Below are positions 21,775-29,498 of a stretch of 58,816 bases of DNA, one piece after another. Positions within the stretch are counted from its first letter, which is position 1, and every line of letters begins with the position of its first letter. The position numbers and the translations under genes are program-made. Source of the DNA: Gemmatimonadota bacterium (GTDB taxonomy: Bacteria; Latescibacterota; UBA2968; UBA8231); NCBI GenBank assembly GCA_038153405.1, contig JAYOYH010000027.1, positions 1 to 58,816 on the forward strand, read 5' to 3'. Below the pieces are notes generated by a model. The model searched no databases. It saw only the letters and a list, made by a program, of their open reading frames with translations, and was not told where the DNA came from.

Positions 21775-22470
21775 ATGGGTGCCACTTCTCTAGTTGAGAT
21801 GGTTGTCGTGAAAGTGAGTCCCTACCTGCGCGAAGACCGACCGCTCGTTTGGCTAGGCGAAAAGGGCGCCGAGCAGCCGCGACTGCTGCCCATCGCCATC
21901 GGCGAGTTCGAGGCGGCGGCCATACAGATGCAGCTGGAGCAGGACGAGCCCATCCGCCCCATTTCCTACGATCTGCTCTCTTCTATGCTGGATCGCCTGC
22001 AGGTCGACGTGCGCCAGGTCGTTATTCACACCGTTCGGCGCTCCATATACTACGCCAAAGTCGTCGTGGAAAAGGGCCATAAAATACAGGATGTTGACTC
22101 GCGCCCAAGCGACGCCATTGCCTTGGCCCTGCGAACGGGATCGCCCATTTTCGTCTCGCGAGAACTGCTCGACAAGGTCGGCCTCGAACCGCTCGACACA
22201 GAGGTCGATATCGAAAACACCCTCGACCGCTTTTACGAGATGGAGCCGCAAATTGCCGGCGTGCTGTCCGACGCCGGTCAAGAGATCGGCGGCGAAGACC
22301 GCGCCCCGGAGAGCGTTGACGGCGGCGAGGGGGAAGAGGCTATTGATGAACTGGACGAATTGGGCCTGCTTCAAGCGCAATTAGAGCAAGCTGTCCTGTG
22401 CGAAGAATACGAAGAGGCTGCGCGCCTTCGCGACGAAATCGAGTCGCTGGGCAACGAGGGCCTGTCCTAG
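21775..22470 (+). CDS. Bifunctional nuclease (DUF151) domain protein with C-terminal UVR motif, copy 2
   Basis: LPIAIGEFEAAAI, DSRPSDAIALA, and AVLCEEYEEAARLRDEI. Confidence 0.9.
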   Translation: MGATSLVEMVVVKVSPYLREDRPLVWLGEKGAEQPRLLPIAIGEFEAAAIQMQLEQDEPIRPISYDLLSSMLDRLQVDVRQVVIHTVRRSIYYAKVVVEKGHKIQDVDSRPSDAIALALRTGSPIFVSRELLDKVGLEPLDTEVDIENTLDRFYEMEPQIAGVLSDAGQEIGGEDRAPESVDGGEGEEAIDELDELGLLQAQLEQAVLCEEYEEAARLRDEIESLGNEGLS

Positions 22471-22531
22471 ACGGGGCCCTACCGCGCGCCGCTTTCCCTC
22501 AGAAATTCAACCTTTTCCGCGCAAATCACCC

Positions 22532-22990
22532 ATGAAGCTATTTGCTTGCGCTGCCACAGCGCTTTTCCTTTGTCTCTATTGGGGCTGCGATGCTCAAAAC
22601 GAGCGCTTTGACACGCCCTATGCCACTTTCAGCGCCCATCAGCAGGCCATTGAAAAGAGCGACCTAGACCTGCTGTGGGATACCTACAGCCTGGCCTATC
22701 GCAACCAGCAGGTGCGCGCCACTTGGCGGCGTCAGTGGCGCGAGATGCCCCCCGAAAAGACCCGTGCTCTGCTGCGCCGCGAAATAACCAAAGAAGAGGT
22801 CATAAACGACCAGATCGCCTACCTGCTCCTCGATCCCACCACCCTAGAGAGCGAGCGTCAGTCCCCCTTCTTCTACTTTATTCGCGAAAGCGATGGCTGG
22901 AAGATAACCACTCACCTCGACAGCAGCTTTCACCAGGCGCTGGAAAGGGCCATCGAAAAGGGCGACTACAAACTGCCCGAGCACTTTTAG
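22532..22990 (+). CDS. Hypothetical lipoprotein (possibly NTF2-like fold)
   Basis: Signal peptide with YWG-C lipobox-like site and C-terminal FIRESDGWKI. Confidence 0.65.
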   Translation: MKLFACAATALFLCLYWGCDAQNERFDTPYATFSAHQQAIEKSDLDLLWDTYSLAYRNQQVRATWRRQWREMPPEKTRALLRREITKEEVINDQIAYLLLDPTTLESERQSPFFYFIRESDGWKITTHLDSSFHQALERAIEKGDYKLPEHF

Positions 22991-23025
22991 ATGGGATCGG
23001 GTAAGAGGGTGCGGTGACCGGTCCG

Positions 23026-23481
23026 TTAAAATGAGGCGGCGCGCACCGCGGCCTGCGGTGCGATTGGACCGACCCTAATCGGCCGGTAGGTGCGCGGCAA
23101 TTCGCGTGCGCGTCGGCTCGACGGTGCGTTCCACTGCGCCGCTGGAACGGGCTTAGAATGGTCCCATAGGGCAGGCTCTGGCCACAGCAGCAGTGCCATG
23201 GCGACGGCGACGGCGAGACCCCAGCGGACCGTGCGCCGACCGAACCGCCGCGGCCGAAGGCGCGCCTCGCCCAAGCGGCGATTCAGTTGCAGCTGAAACG
23301 CCGCCGATGGGCCTTCTCCGCCTAGATTGTATAAGGCCTGCCTCAGTTGGCGCATCTTCCCTAGCACATCGGCACACCGCGGACAGAAGCGCAGGTGCCC
23401 CTCTAAGAGTTCCTTGCTAACGCCGTCTAAGGAACCGTCCGTGTATTCGGACAGCCATTCTTCAAATTCTTCGCATTCCAA
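23026..23481 (-). CDS. Zinc-finger (ZAS, zf-HC2) transmembrane anti-sigma factor
   Basis: CEEFEEWLSEYTDGSL...HLRFCPRC and a TM helix. TTG start chosen after an AAAGGGGG RBS; start uncertain (ORF extends to 23571). Confidence 0.85.
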   Translation of the reverse strand: MECEEFEEWLSEYTDGSLDGVSKELLEGHLRFCPRCADVLGKMRQLRQALYNLGGEGPSAAFQLQLNRRLGEARLRPRRFGRRTVRWGLAVAVAMALLLWPEPALWDHSKPVPAAQWNAPSSRRARELPRTYRPIRVGPIAPQAAVRAASF

Positions 23482-23534
23482 AACAATAGAAACCCCCTTT
23501 CCGGCAGCGATCTGTGCTATCGCACCCATTTGAT

Positions 23535-23563
23535 TAGGACCCCTACCAGACGGACCGAGTTCC
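23535..23563 (-). promoter_or_regulatory. Putative ECF-sigma promoter upstream of the anti-sigma gene
   Basis: Minus strand GGAACT-17 nt-GTCCTA resembles the sigmaE/SigW-type GGAAC...GTC consensus. Confidence 0.45.
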
Positions 23564-23608
23564 CCATACATTCTTCAAGGAACGGGCCCATGGACCGATA
23601 AAGAAGAT

Positions 23609-24091
23609 ATGGATCGCATGTACAAATATACTCGCTGGGTTCGACAGGGCAGCTCGTATCGCCGCCTCGTCGCCGTCGTTGCGGTGTTAATCGCCCAATC
23701 GTGGATGATGGGCTGCGGCGTGCGCACCATCCCGCCCATCCGCTACGTGCCCCTTTTGGGGAAAGAAAAAGAGGTAAAAACCACCCAGCTGCTGGCCAGG
23801 GCACTGCAGGATCGCGACTTGGCCGTGCGCGCCCAAGCCGTGAGGCTGCTAGACGTGCTGAGCCAGAGCAATGACAACGGCTTAAAAAAGCAAGTTTCTC
23901 GGGTGTTGGGCATGGCGGCCAGGGACAGCGACCCCGGCATACGCCTACAGGCCATCGAGAGCCTGGGTAAGATGGAAGCCAGATATGGCAACAAATACCT
24001 GCACGCCGCGCTCAAGGACCCCAATCCCTTTGTGCGCGAGCGCGTAATGCAGGTCCTCAACCAACGACAAGCGCAGCTACCAGACTCCTAG
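23609..24091 (+). CDS. HEAT-repeat (PBS lyase-like) probable lipoprotein
   Basis: MMG-C lipobox-like site; repeats ALQDRDLAVR, ARDSDPGIR, ALKDPNPFVR. Confidence 0.75.
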   Translation: MDRMYKYTRWVRQGSSYRRLVAVVAVLIAQSWMMGCGVRTIPPIRYVPLLGKEKEVKTTQLLARALQDRDLAVRAQAVRLLDVLSQSNDNGLKKQVSRVLGMAARDSDPGIRLQAIESLGKMEARYGNKYLHAALKDPNPFVRERVMQVLNQRQAQLPDS

Positions 24092-24140
24092 TGGATGGGA
24101 GACCGTTCTCGCTGGCGGCCTGACCGCAGGGACAGCGCAC

Positions 24141-24680
24141 CTACTCGTCGGGCTCCAATCCCATGCTTTCCAGCATGGCCATCAGCCCATTCCACTGCTT
24201 GTCGCTCATGGCCTCTACCAGCTTAATCAGCCCCGGTACATTGCGCTTTTTCCCGACCTCATAACACCGCTCAAACGCATCCACCCAGTTGGAATCGGAC
24301 AGCCCGGCGGCAATCCCCGGACGACCCAGCGCGTCCAACACGTTTGGATCAAAGGGCGCATCGGTTTCCAATAGTTGGCTGACGACGGCGTCTGTGAGGG
24401 CGCGCTCCATCAGCGCGAAGAGCGCGCGCGCAGGGGCGGGCGAGTCGGCGGCACGCGCCTCGTAGGCGGCCAGCAAAACGCGCGTCGTGTCGAGTTTTAG
24501 CACCTCGGCCAGCTTTACACACACCTCGTCGGAGGGAACCTTTTCGCCTTTCTCTATCTGCCCCACATACGTCGCCCACACGCCTTCGGGCTTCTGCGCT
24601 GTCTTCAATTGCTCGGCCAACGCGCGCTGACTAATGCGGGCGCCGAGGCGAGCGTCTTTTATCATATCGGCAAACGGCAT
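24141..24680 (-). CDS. XRE-family helix-turn-helix transcriptional regulator
   Basis: IKDARLGARISQRALAEQL...YVGQIEKGEKVPS...LAEVL pattern. Confidence 0.88.
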   Translation of the reverse strand: MPFADMIKDARLGARISQRALAEQLKTAQKPEGVWATYVGQIEKGEKVPSDEVCVKLAEVLKLDTTRVLLAAYEARAADSPAPARALFALMERALTDAVVSQLLETDAPFDPNVLDALGRPGIAAGLSDSNWVDAFERCYEVGKKRNVPGLIKLVEAMSDKQWNGLMAMLESMGLEPDE

Positions 24681-24751
24681 TCTTTAAGTTCCTATAAAAT
24701 AAACACTTGGGTTTTGTTAAATCGAGTTTATACTCCGCGCCATACCTCACC

Positions 24752-24780
24752 AATATATACACCAACAAGTGTGTGTGCAA
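24752..24780 (-). promoter_or_regulatory. Putative sigma70 promoter of the XRE gene
   Basis: Minus strand TTGCAC-17 nt-TATATT. The spacer holds a TACAC-N6-GTGTG inverted repeat. Confidence 0.6.
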
Positions 24781-24816
24781 GTTCTTGGAGCATTTTCTAT
24801 TTTCGACAAATAGTTC

Positions 24817-24845
24817 TTGACAACACAAAGTAGCGTGTGTAAATT
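24817..24845 (+). promoter_or_regulatory. Putative strong sigma70 promoter of the candidate ncRNA
   Basis: TTGACA-17 nt-TAAATT with TGTG extended -10. Confidence 0.65.
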
Positions 24846-24850
24846 ATGGC

Positions 24851-25126
24851 AGGATTTAGGTACACTGTCGCAGGCAAATAGTTGACACACTGCCTTGTGC
24901 GTGTGTGGAAAACGTTTTGAGTGTGGCGGTCTGCTGAGTGAGTAAATCCTTACCGTAAAGCTCGGATTCCCCTTTTCGGGCCACTGGGGTCTTCAAAATT
25001 ACCTCCCCACACCGCCTCGTTTGAGGATCTCAATTTACGGTTTGTGATCGCACAGTTCGACCGCTACACTCTTGATTTTGTGACCGAGGCGACCCATCTT
25101 TCCCTGATGGGTCGCCTCTCTTTTTT
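24851..25126 (+). ncRNA. Candidate structured non-coding RNA (long rod; 6S-like or novel)
   Basis: ORF-free stretch between a promoter and an intrinsic terminator. Nested helices: 24919-31/25059-71, 24933-41/25048-56, 24952-59/25034-41, 24964-69/25025-30, 24985-89/25005-09. Confidence 0.6.
25086..25126 (+). terminator. Intrinsic terminator
   Basis: Perfect 13-bp stem GAGGCGACCCATC/GATGGGTCGCCTC followed by TCTTTTTT. Confidence 0.88.
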
Positions 25127-25159
25127 ACGCGTAATCACCCTTCGTTAGAACAGTATCCC

Positions 25160-26278
25160 ATGCACATCTGTATGGTTGCATTCAGCGATCTGCGCTTCGA
25201 CTACCGGATTTTCCGCGAAGCGACGTCGTTGCACGGGGCCGGGCACAGCGTGACGATTATCGCCGCCGCTTTCAGCGCCGCACCGCTGGACGGTTGGGAT
25301 GCTTTCGACACCCACTTGATACCGATAGACCGCAGCCGTTCGCTTCGCCTGCTCTACCCGCTGTTCTGGCGTAGAGTTGGGCAGATACTCGAACACGTGA
25401 GAGCCGACGCCTACCACGCTCACGACCTCGACGCCCTATGGCCCTGCGCGCGGGCTGCCCGGCGCAGCCGTCGGCCCCTGATCTACGACTCGCACGAGTT
25501 CTGGACGGAGCAGTCCTCGCTTGTAAACAGGCCGTTGATGCGCGGCATCTGGAACCTTCTCGAAGGGAGACTCGTCGAACGCGTGGATCGAGCCATTACC
25601 GTCAGCCCTTCCATCGCCCACTCGCTGGAGAAGCGCTACCCATCGCTGGGATCCATTGCCGTACTGCGCAACCTGCCCCTCTACAAACCGCACGAGCAGA
25701 GCGACCGGATTCGCCAGACCCTCGGCTTGGCTCCGGATCGACCCATTGTGCTGTATCAGGGCGGCTTCCTAACGGGCAACGGCTTGCGCGAGCAAATACG
25801 GGCAGCAGGAGCGTTCGGCGACGCGGCTTTTGTTCTGATAGGAGACGGGCCGTGCGAAGCGGAGTTAAAAGAGCTGGTGCGCAGCCTGCAGTTCGAAGAG
25901 CGCGTGTATTTCATAGACCGCGTGCCCTTCCACCAGCTGCACGCCTACACCTGTTCGGCCGATCTGGGGCTTTGCCTTATCAAGGGCACGGGACAGAGCT
26001 TCTACTACTCGCTGCCCAACAAGCTCTTTGAGTACATGATGGGAGGTCTGCCCGTGCTGGCCAGCAACTTTCCAGAAATGCAGCGCGTCGTAGAAGAGAC
26101 TGGCGCGGGGGTCGTGGCCGATCCCAGCGACGGCGAAGCCATTGGCCGGGCGGTGCACGCCCTGCTATCCGATGAGCAGGGCCGCGCTCGGCAGCGCGAA
26201 GCCGCTCTGCGCGCCGCCCAACAGTTCAACTGGGAGCGCGAGGCCGAGGGACTCGTGCAGCTCTACGCCGAACTTTAG
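25160..26278 (+). CDS. Glycosyltransferase family 4
   Basis: YHAHD, IYDSHE, LPNKLFEYMMGGLPVLAS motifs. Confidence 0.93.
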   Translation: MHICMVAFSDLRFDYRIFREATSLHGAGHSVTIIAAAFSAAPLDGWDAFDTHLIPIDRSRSLRLLYPLFWRRVGQILEHVRADAYHAHDLDALWPCARAARRSRRPLIYDSHEFWTEQSSLVNRPLMRGIWNLLEGRLVERVDRAITVSPSIAHSLEKRYPSLGSIAVLRNLPLYKPHEQSDRIRQTLGLAPDRPIVLYQGGFLTGNGLREQIRAAGAFGDAAFVLIGDGPCEAELKELVRSLQFEERVYFIDRVPFHQLHAYTCSADLGLCLIKGTGQSFYYSLPNKLFEYMMGGLPVLASNFPEMQRVVEETGAGVVADPSDGEAIGRAVHALLSDEQGRARQREAALRAAQQFNWEREAEGLVQLYAEL

Positions 26279-26280
26279 CC

Positions 26281-27219
26281 ATGCAAACTGCGCCCACACT
26301 CAGCGTGCTGATGCCCACCTACGATGAAGCGGAACGACTGCGCGCTGCGCTGAACAGTCTGAGCGAACAGGACTATCCGACGGACCGCGTGCAGATCGTC
26401 GTCGTAGACGATGCGTCCCCAACGCCGGTAGACGAAGGGGATCTGCGCCAAGCGCTAGCTCCTTTTGAACTGACGCTAGTGCGGCACGAAAGCAATCAGG
26501 GGCGCGCCCGGGCGCGCAACACGGGTCTGCGACGGGCCACGGGCGATATTGTGATTTTCCTCGACAGCGATATGACGGTCGAGAGGGATTTTCTGCGCAC
26601 CCACGCCGAGGCGCACGCCGACGGGGAGGAACGGGTCCTGATCGGCAATATCGTCTGGGGAAGGGACATCCCCCCCAGCGCCCTCACCCGCTACGTGGAG
26701 AAGCGCGGCGTGCACCGCACGGGTTTGCAGGGTCAGGTGCACTTCAAGTGCTTTGTTACGGGCAATTCATCGCTGCCGAACTCCCTACTAAAGCGCGTGG
26801 GCCCATTCGACGAGGACTTTACCGCGTACGGCGGCGAAGATTTGGAACTTGGTTACCGCCTCTACAACGCCGGCGCGCAGTTTGGGTATGTAGAACGAGC
26901 GCTTTCTCACCACAACCACATACGTCCACTTGACCAACTCTGTCGCCTCATGTACACCTACGGCAAGGGTTCGATTCCCATACTAGTCGACAAACACCCC
27001 GACTTGGCTGGCGTTTTGCGGCTGGGTTTTCTCAGCGCACCGCTTCTTTCGCCCAAGCGCATCGCGCTACAAATGGCCCTGCTGCCGATGATCTACTGGC
27101 CCCTGTATTGGCTCGCCGATACCTTGGTCGGTTGGCGACTCCCCGATCTGTTTTTCGACTACCTGCTGTGGTGTAACCGCACGCGGGGCTATATCGATTC
27201 ACGCTCTGGGTCCAATTGA
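26281..27219 (+). CDS. Glycosyltransferase family 2
   Basis: LSVLMPTY, VVDDAS, ARNTG, FLDSD, GGEDLELGYR motifs. Confidence 0.93.
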   Translation: MQTAPTLSVLMPTYDEAERLRAALNSLSEQDYPTDRVQIVVVDDASPTPVDEGDLRQALAPFELTLVRHESNQGRARARNTGLRRATGDIVIFLDSDMTVERDFLRTHAEAHADGEERVLIGNIVWGRDIPPSALTRYVEKRGVHRTGLQGQVHFKCFVTGNSSLPNSLLKRVGPFDEDFTAYGGEDLELGYRLYNAGAQFGYVERALSHHNHIRPLDQLCRLMYTYGKGSIPILVDKHPDLAGVLRLGFLSAPLLSPKRIALQMALLPMIYWPLYWLADTLVGWRLPDLFFDYLLWCNRTRGYIDSRSGSN

Positions 27220-27758
27220 TGCATACGATTTTAAATCGCTGGTTTTTATGGGCCGCATTGGCACCCATTGCAACCGTTTTGAGCGGCTTTTTTTTCGTTG
27301 CCCCAGCCGCATCCCAAGAAGCCGCGCCAGACCGGAAGCCGCCCCATACGATCTTTGGCAAAGACAAGCGAGCAACCAACCGGGCAATGCAGGCGATGAG
27401 CAAGGCGCTCGGGGTGAAGTGCGCCTACTGCCATCTCAAGGAAGGCAATAAAATCAACTACGGCGCCGACACGCCGCGCAAAGAGGTCGCGCGGACCATG
27501 AAGCACGTCTTTGTCGATCGGCTGGTCAGCACCAGCGACACGACCCTGACCTACCTAATCGGAGACCGTCCGGTCCACCTGCGCGCCGTCTACCGCGCCG
27601 ACAGCGACAGCGCGTTTATCGATCTGAGTCGGATCCAGGGAGAGCACACCGTTGCCCAAATGCGCGTTGACGCACCTTCTGCAGGCTCCGGTCTGCGGTG
27701 CGAAACGTGCCATGCGGGCAGCACTGCCGTGCTGGTTCCGGTCACCGAGGAGGATTAG
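27219..27758 (+). CDS. Periplasmic dihaem c-type cytochrome (PufC-like family)
   Basis: Signal peptide, MQAMSKALGVKCAYCH, KEVARTM and a second CETCH. Confidence 0.82.
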   Translation: MHTILNRWFLWAALAPIATVLSGFFFVAPAASQEAAPDRKPPHTIFGKDKRATNRAMQAMSKALGVKCAYCHLKEGNKINYGADTPRKEVARTMKHVFVDRLVSTSDTTLTYLIGDRPVHLRAVYRADSDSAFIDLSRIQGEHTVAQMRVDAPSAGSGLRCETCHAGSTAVLVPVTEED

Positions 27759-27791
27759 CGCTCCCATGGCCTACCTGCACACCGCAAACGC

Positions 27792-28604
27792 ATGATGGAA
27801 AACGCCTACCCCGCGCCGCGACACCTCCTACGCACCGTGCTGTTGGCGCTCTTTGTCGCCCAGTTTATCGTCTGGCCGCTAGCCGGCCTGCTGGATCCGC
27901 ATCTGGGCATCGCTGCCACGGAACTGTCCATCGTTGGATTTATGGCGCTTTACCTGCGGCGCAACCGCCTGCTCGTCGAGGACGCGCTGCTGCTCAACGC
28001 CGCGCCAGTGGCCACCCTCGTTGCCACTGTGCCTACAGCGCTGGCCGGCGGTATGCTGGTCGCCGAATTCGACCTGTATGTAAATGCCCTGCTGCGCTCG
28101 ATCGACTGGTCAGCCCCTATCAGCTTGCAGCGCAACGCATTGCAAATACAGATCGTTCGCAATCTCTGGGAAGTACCCAAGGTCGTCGCCGCCGTCGCGT
28201 TCTTCCCCGCGGTGTGCGAGGAGCTGTTTTTCCGCGGCCTCGTTTTTACGGGTCTATACGCCCACGGCGGGCCTAAGAAGGCGCTGCTGCTGTCGGCCTT
28301 CCTCTTTGCCGCTGCCCACTTTAATCCCTGGCAGCTGCCCGCGCTTTTCGCCCTTGGTCTGCTGCTGGCGGCCCTGACCTATTGGAGCCACAGCATCTAT
28401 CCGGCCATGCTGGCCCACTGCATCAACAACGCGCTGTCGGTCGCCGGCGTGAACGCGCGCACGCACTGGGGCGTGGACGCGCTGTCGACCAGCACCCATA
28501 TGCCAACAGCGACCCTGATTATTTCCGCTCTGGTCTTTTGTGGCGGCCTGTATATCGTCTCGCGCAGCACGCCCATCATGCCGTCGCCCACGCGCTTGCA
28601 TTGA
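27792..28604 (+). CDS. CPBP (CAAX/Abi) intramembrane metalloprotease
   Basis: EELFFRG, FAAAH, HCINN motifs; multi-TM. Confidence 0.92.
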   Translation: MMENAYPAPRHLLRTVLLALFVAQFIVWPLAGLLDPHLGIAATELSIVGFMALYLRRNRLLVEDALLLNAAPVATLVATVPTALAGGMLVAEFDLYVNALLRSIDWSAPISLQRNALQIQIVRNLWEVPKVVAAVAFFPAVCEELFFRGLVFTGLYAHGGPKKALLLSAFLFAAAHFNPWQLPALFALGLLLAALTYWSHSIYPAMLAHCINNALSVAGVNARTHWGVDALSTSTHMPTATLIISALVFCGGLYIVSRSTPIMPSPTRLH

Positions 28605-28694
28605 CCGGGCGCGCATCCGAAGCGCTGTTGCACCGCATGCCTTTTCACTTTATTTTCCATGAACACTTTTTAAACTTTTTTAGGAGCGCGCAGC

Positions 28695-29498
28695 ATGCCC
28701 TCTATCGAGTTGCCGTTAAAGCAGAGCGGTTTCGGTGCCACCCAGCGCCCCGATGCTTGGTGGCTACAGCCGTTGGCGGTATTTTTAGGTCTCTCTACCT
28801 TTATCATATACTCGACTTGGGCGGCGTTTCAAGGTGAGTATTATCACTGGGGTCCCTATCTGTCCCCCTTTTACGCTCCGGAAATTTTTGGCTCTTCCCC
28901 ACACAGCTTGTTTGGACCCAAGCCGGATTGGTGGCCCTTGTGGCTACCGTTCTCGCCGGCGTTCCTCATCTTGTGGGCACCTGGTGGCTTTCGGTTCACC
29001 TGCTACTACTACCGCGGCGCCTATTATAAGGCCTTCTGGGGCGATCCTATCTCGTGTGCCGTCTCCGAGTCGCGCTCGAGCTATCGCGGCGAACACTCGT
29101 TTCCGCTGATCATGCAGAACATCCACCGCTACTTTCTATACGTGGCGCTCGTCTTTATCGTCTTGCTGGCCTACGACGCGTGGAATGCCATGTGGTTTGT
29201 CGATGCGGCCACCGGCCAAGAGGTATTCGGCATCGGCTTGGGCACCGTCGTGCTCGTGGCCAACGTTTTCCTACTGGGCAGTTACACGCTCGGCTGTCAC
29301 TCGCTGCGCCATATCGTCGGCGGCTTTCTCGACCACTTGTCTAAGGCCCCGGCTAGACGTCAAGCCTATAACTGCGTTACCTGCCTGAACAAACGCCACC
29401 AGCGCTTCGCCTGGTTGAGCCTGTTTTCGGTCGGTTTCTCAGACCTCTATGTGCGCATGTGCGCCATGGGGATCTGGACGGATTGGAGAATCTTCTAA
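28695..29498 (+). CDS. Succinate dehydrogenase membrane anchor, mycobacterial Sdh1 (Rv0249c-like) type
   Basis: YLSPFY, FRFTCYYYRGAY, NIHRYF, GCHSLRH, RHQRFAW motifs; upstream of the flavoprotein and Fe-S genes. Confidence 0.85.
   Translation: MPSIELPLKQSGFGATQRPDAWWLQPLAVFLGLSTFIIYSTWAAFQGEYYHWGPYLSPFYAPEIFGSSPHSLFGPKPDWWPLWLPFSPAFLILWAPGGFRFTCYYYRGAYYKAFWGDPISCAVSESRSSYRGEHSFPLIMQNIHRYFLYVALVFIVLLAYDAWNAMWFVDAATGQEVFGIGLGTVVLVANVFLLGSYTLGCHSLRHIVGGFLDHLSKAPARRQAYNCVTCLNKRHQRFAWLSLFSVGFSDLYVRMCAMGIWTDWRIF

Noticed and set aside
24846..24881. Mini-ORF MAGFRYTVAGK
   Set aside because: The ATG directly abuts the -10 box, upstream of the expected TSS, and has no RBS.
24851..25126. Identity as SRP RNA, tmRNA, RNase P RNA or a known riboswitch
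   Set aside because: No SRP helix-8 GGAA motif, no tRNA-like ends, too short for RNase P, and no aptamer motif I recognise.
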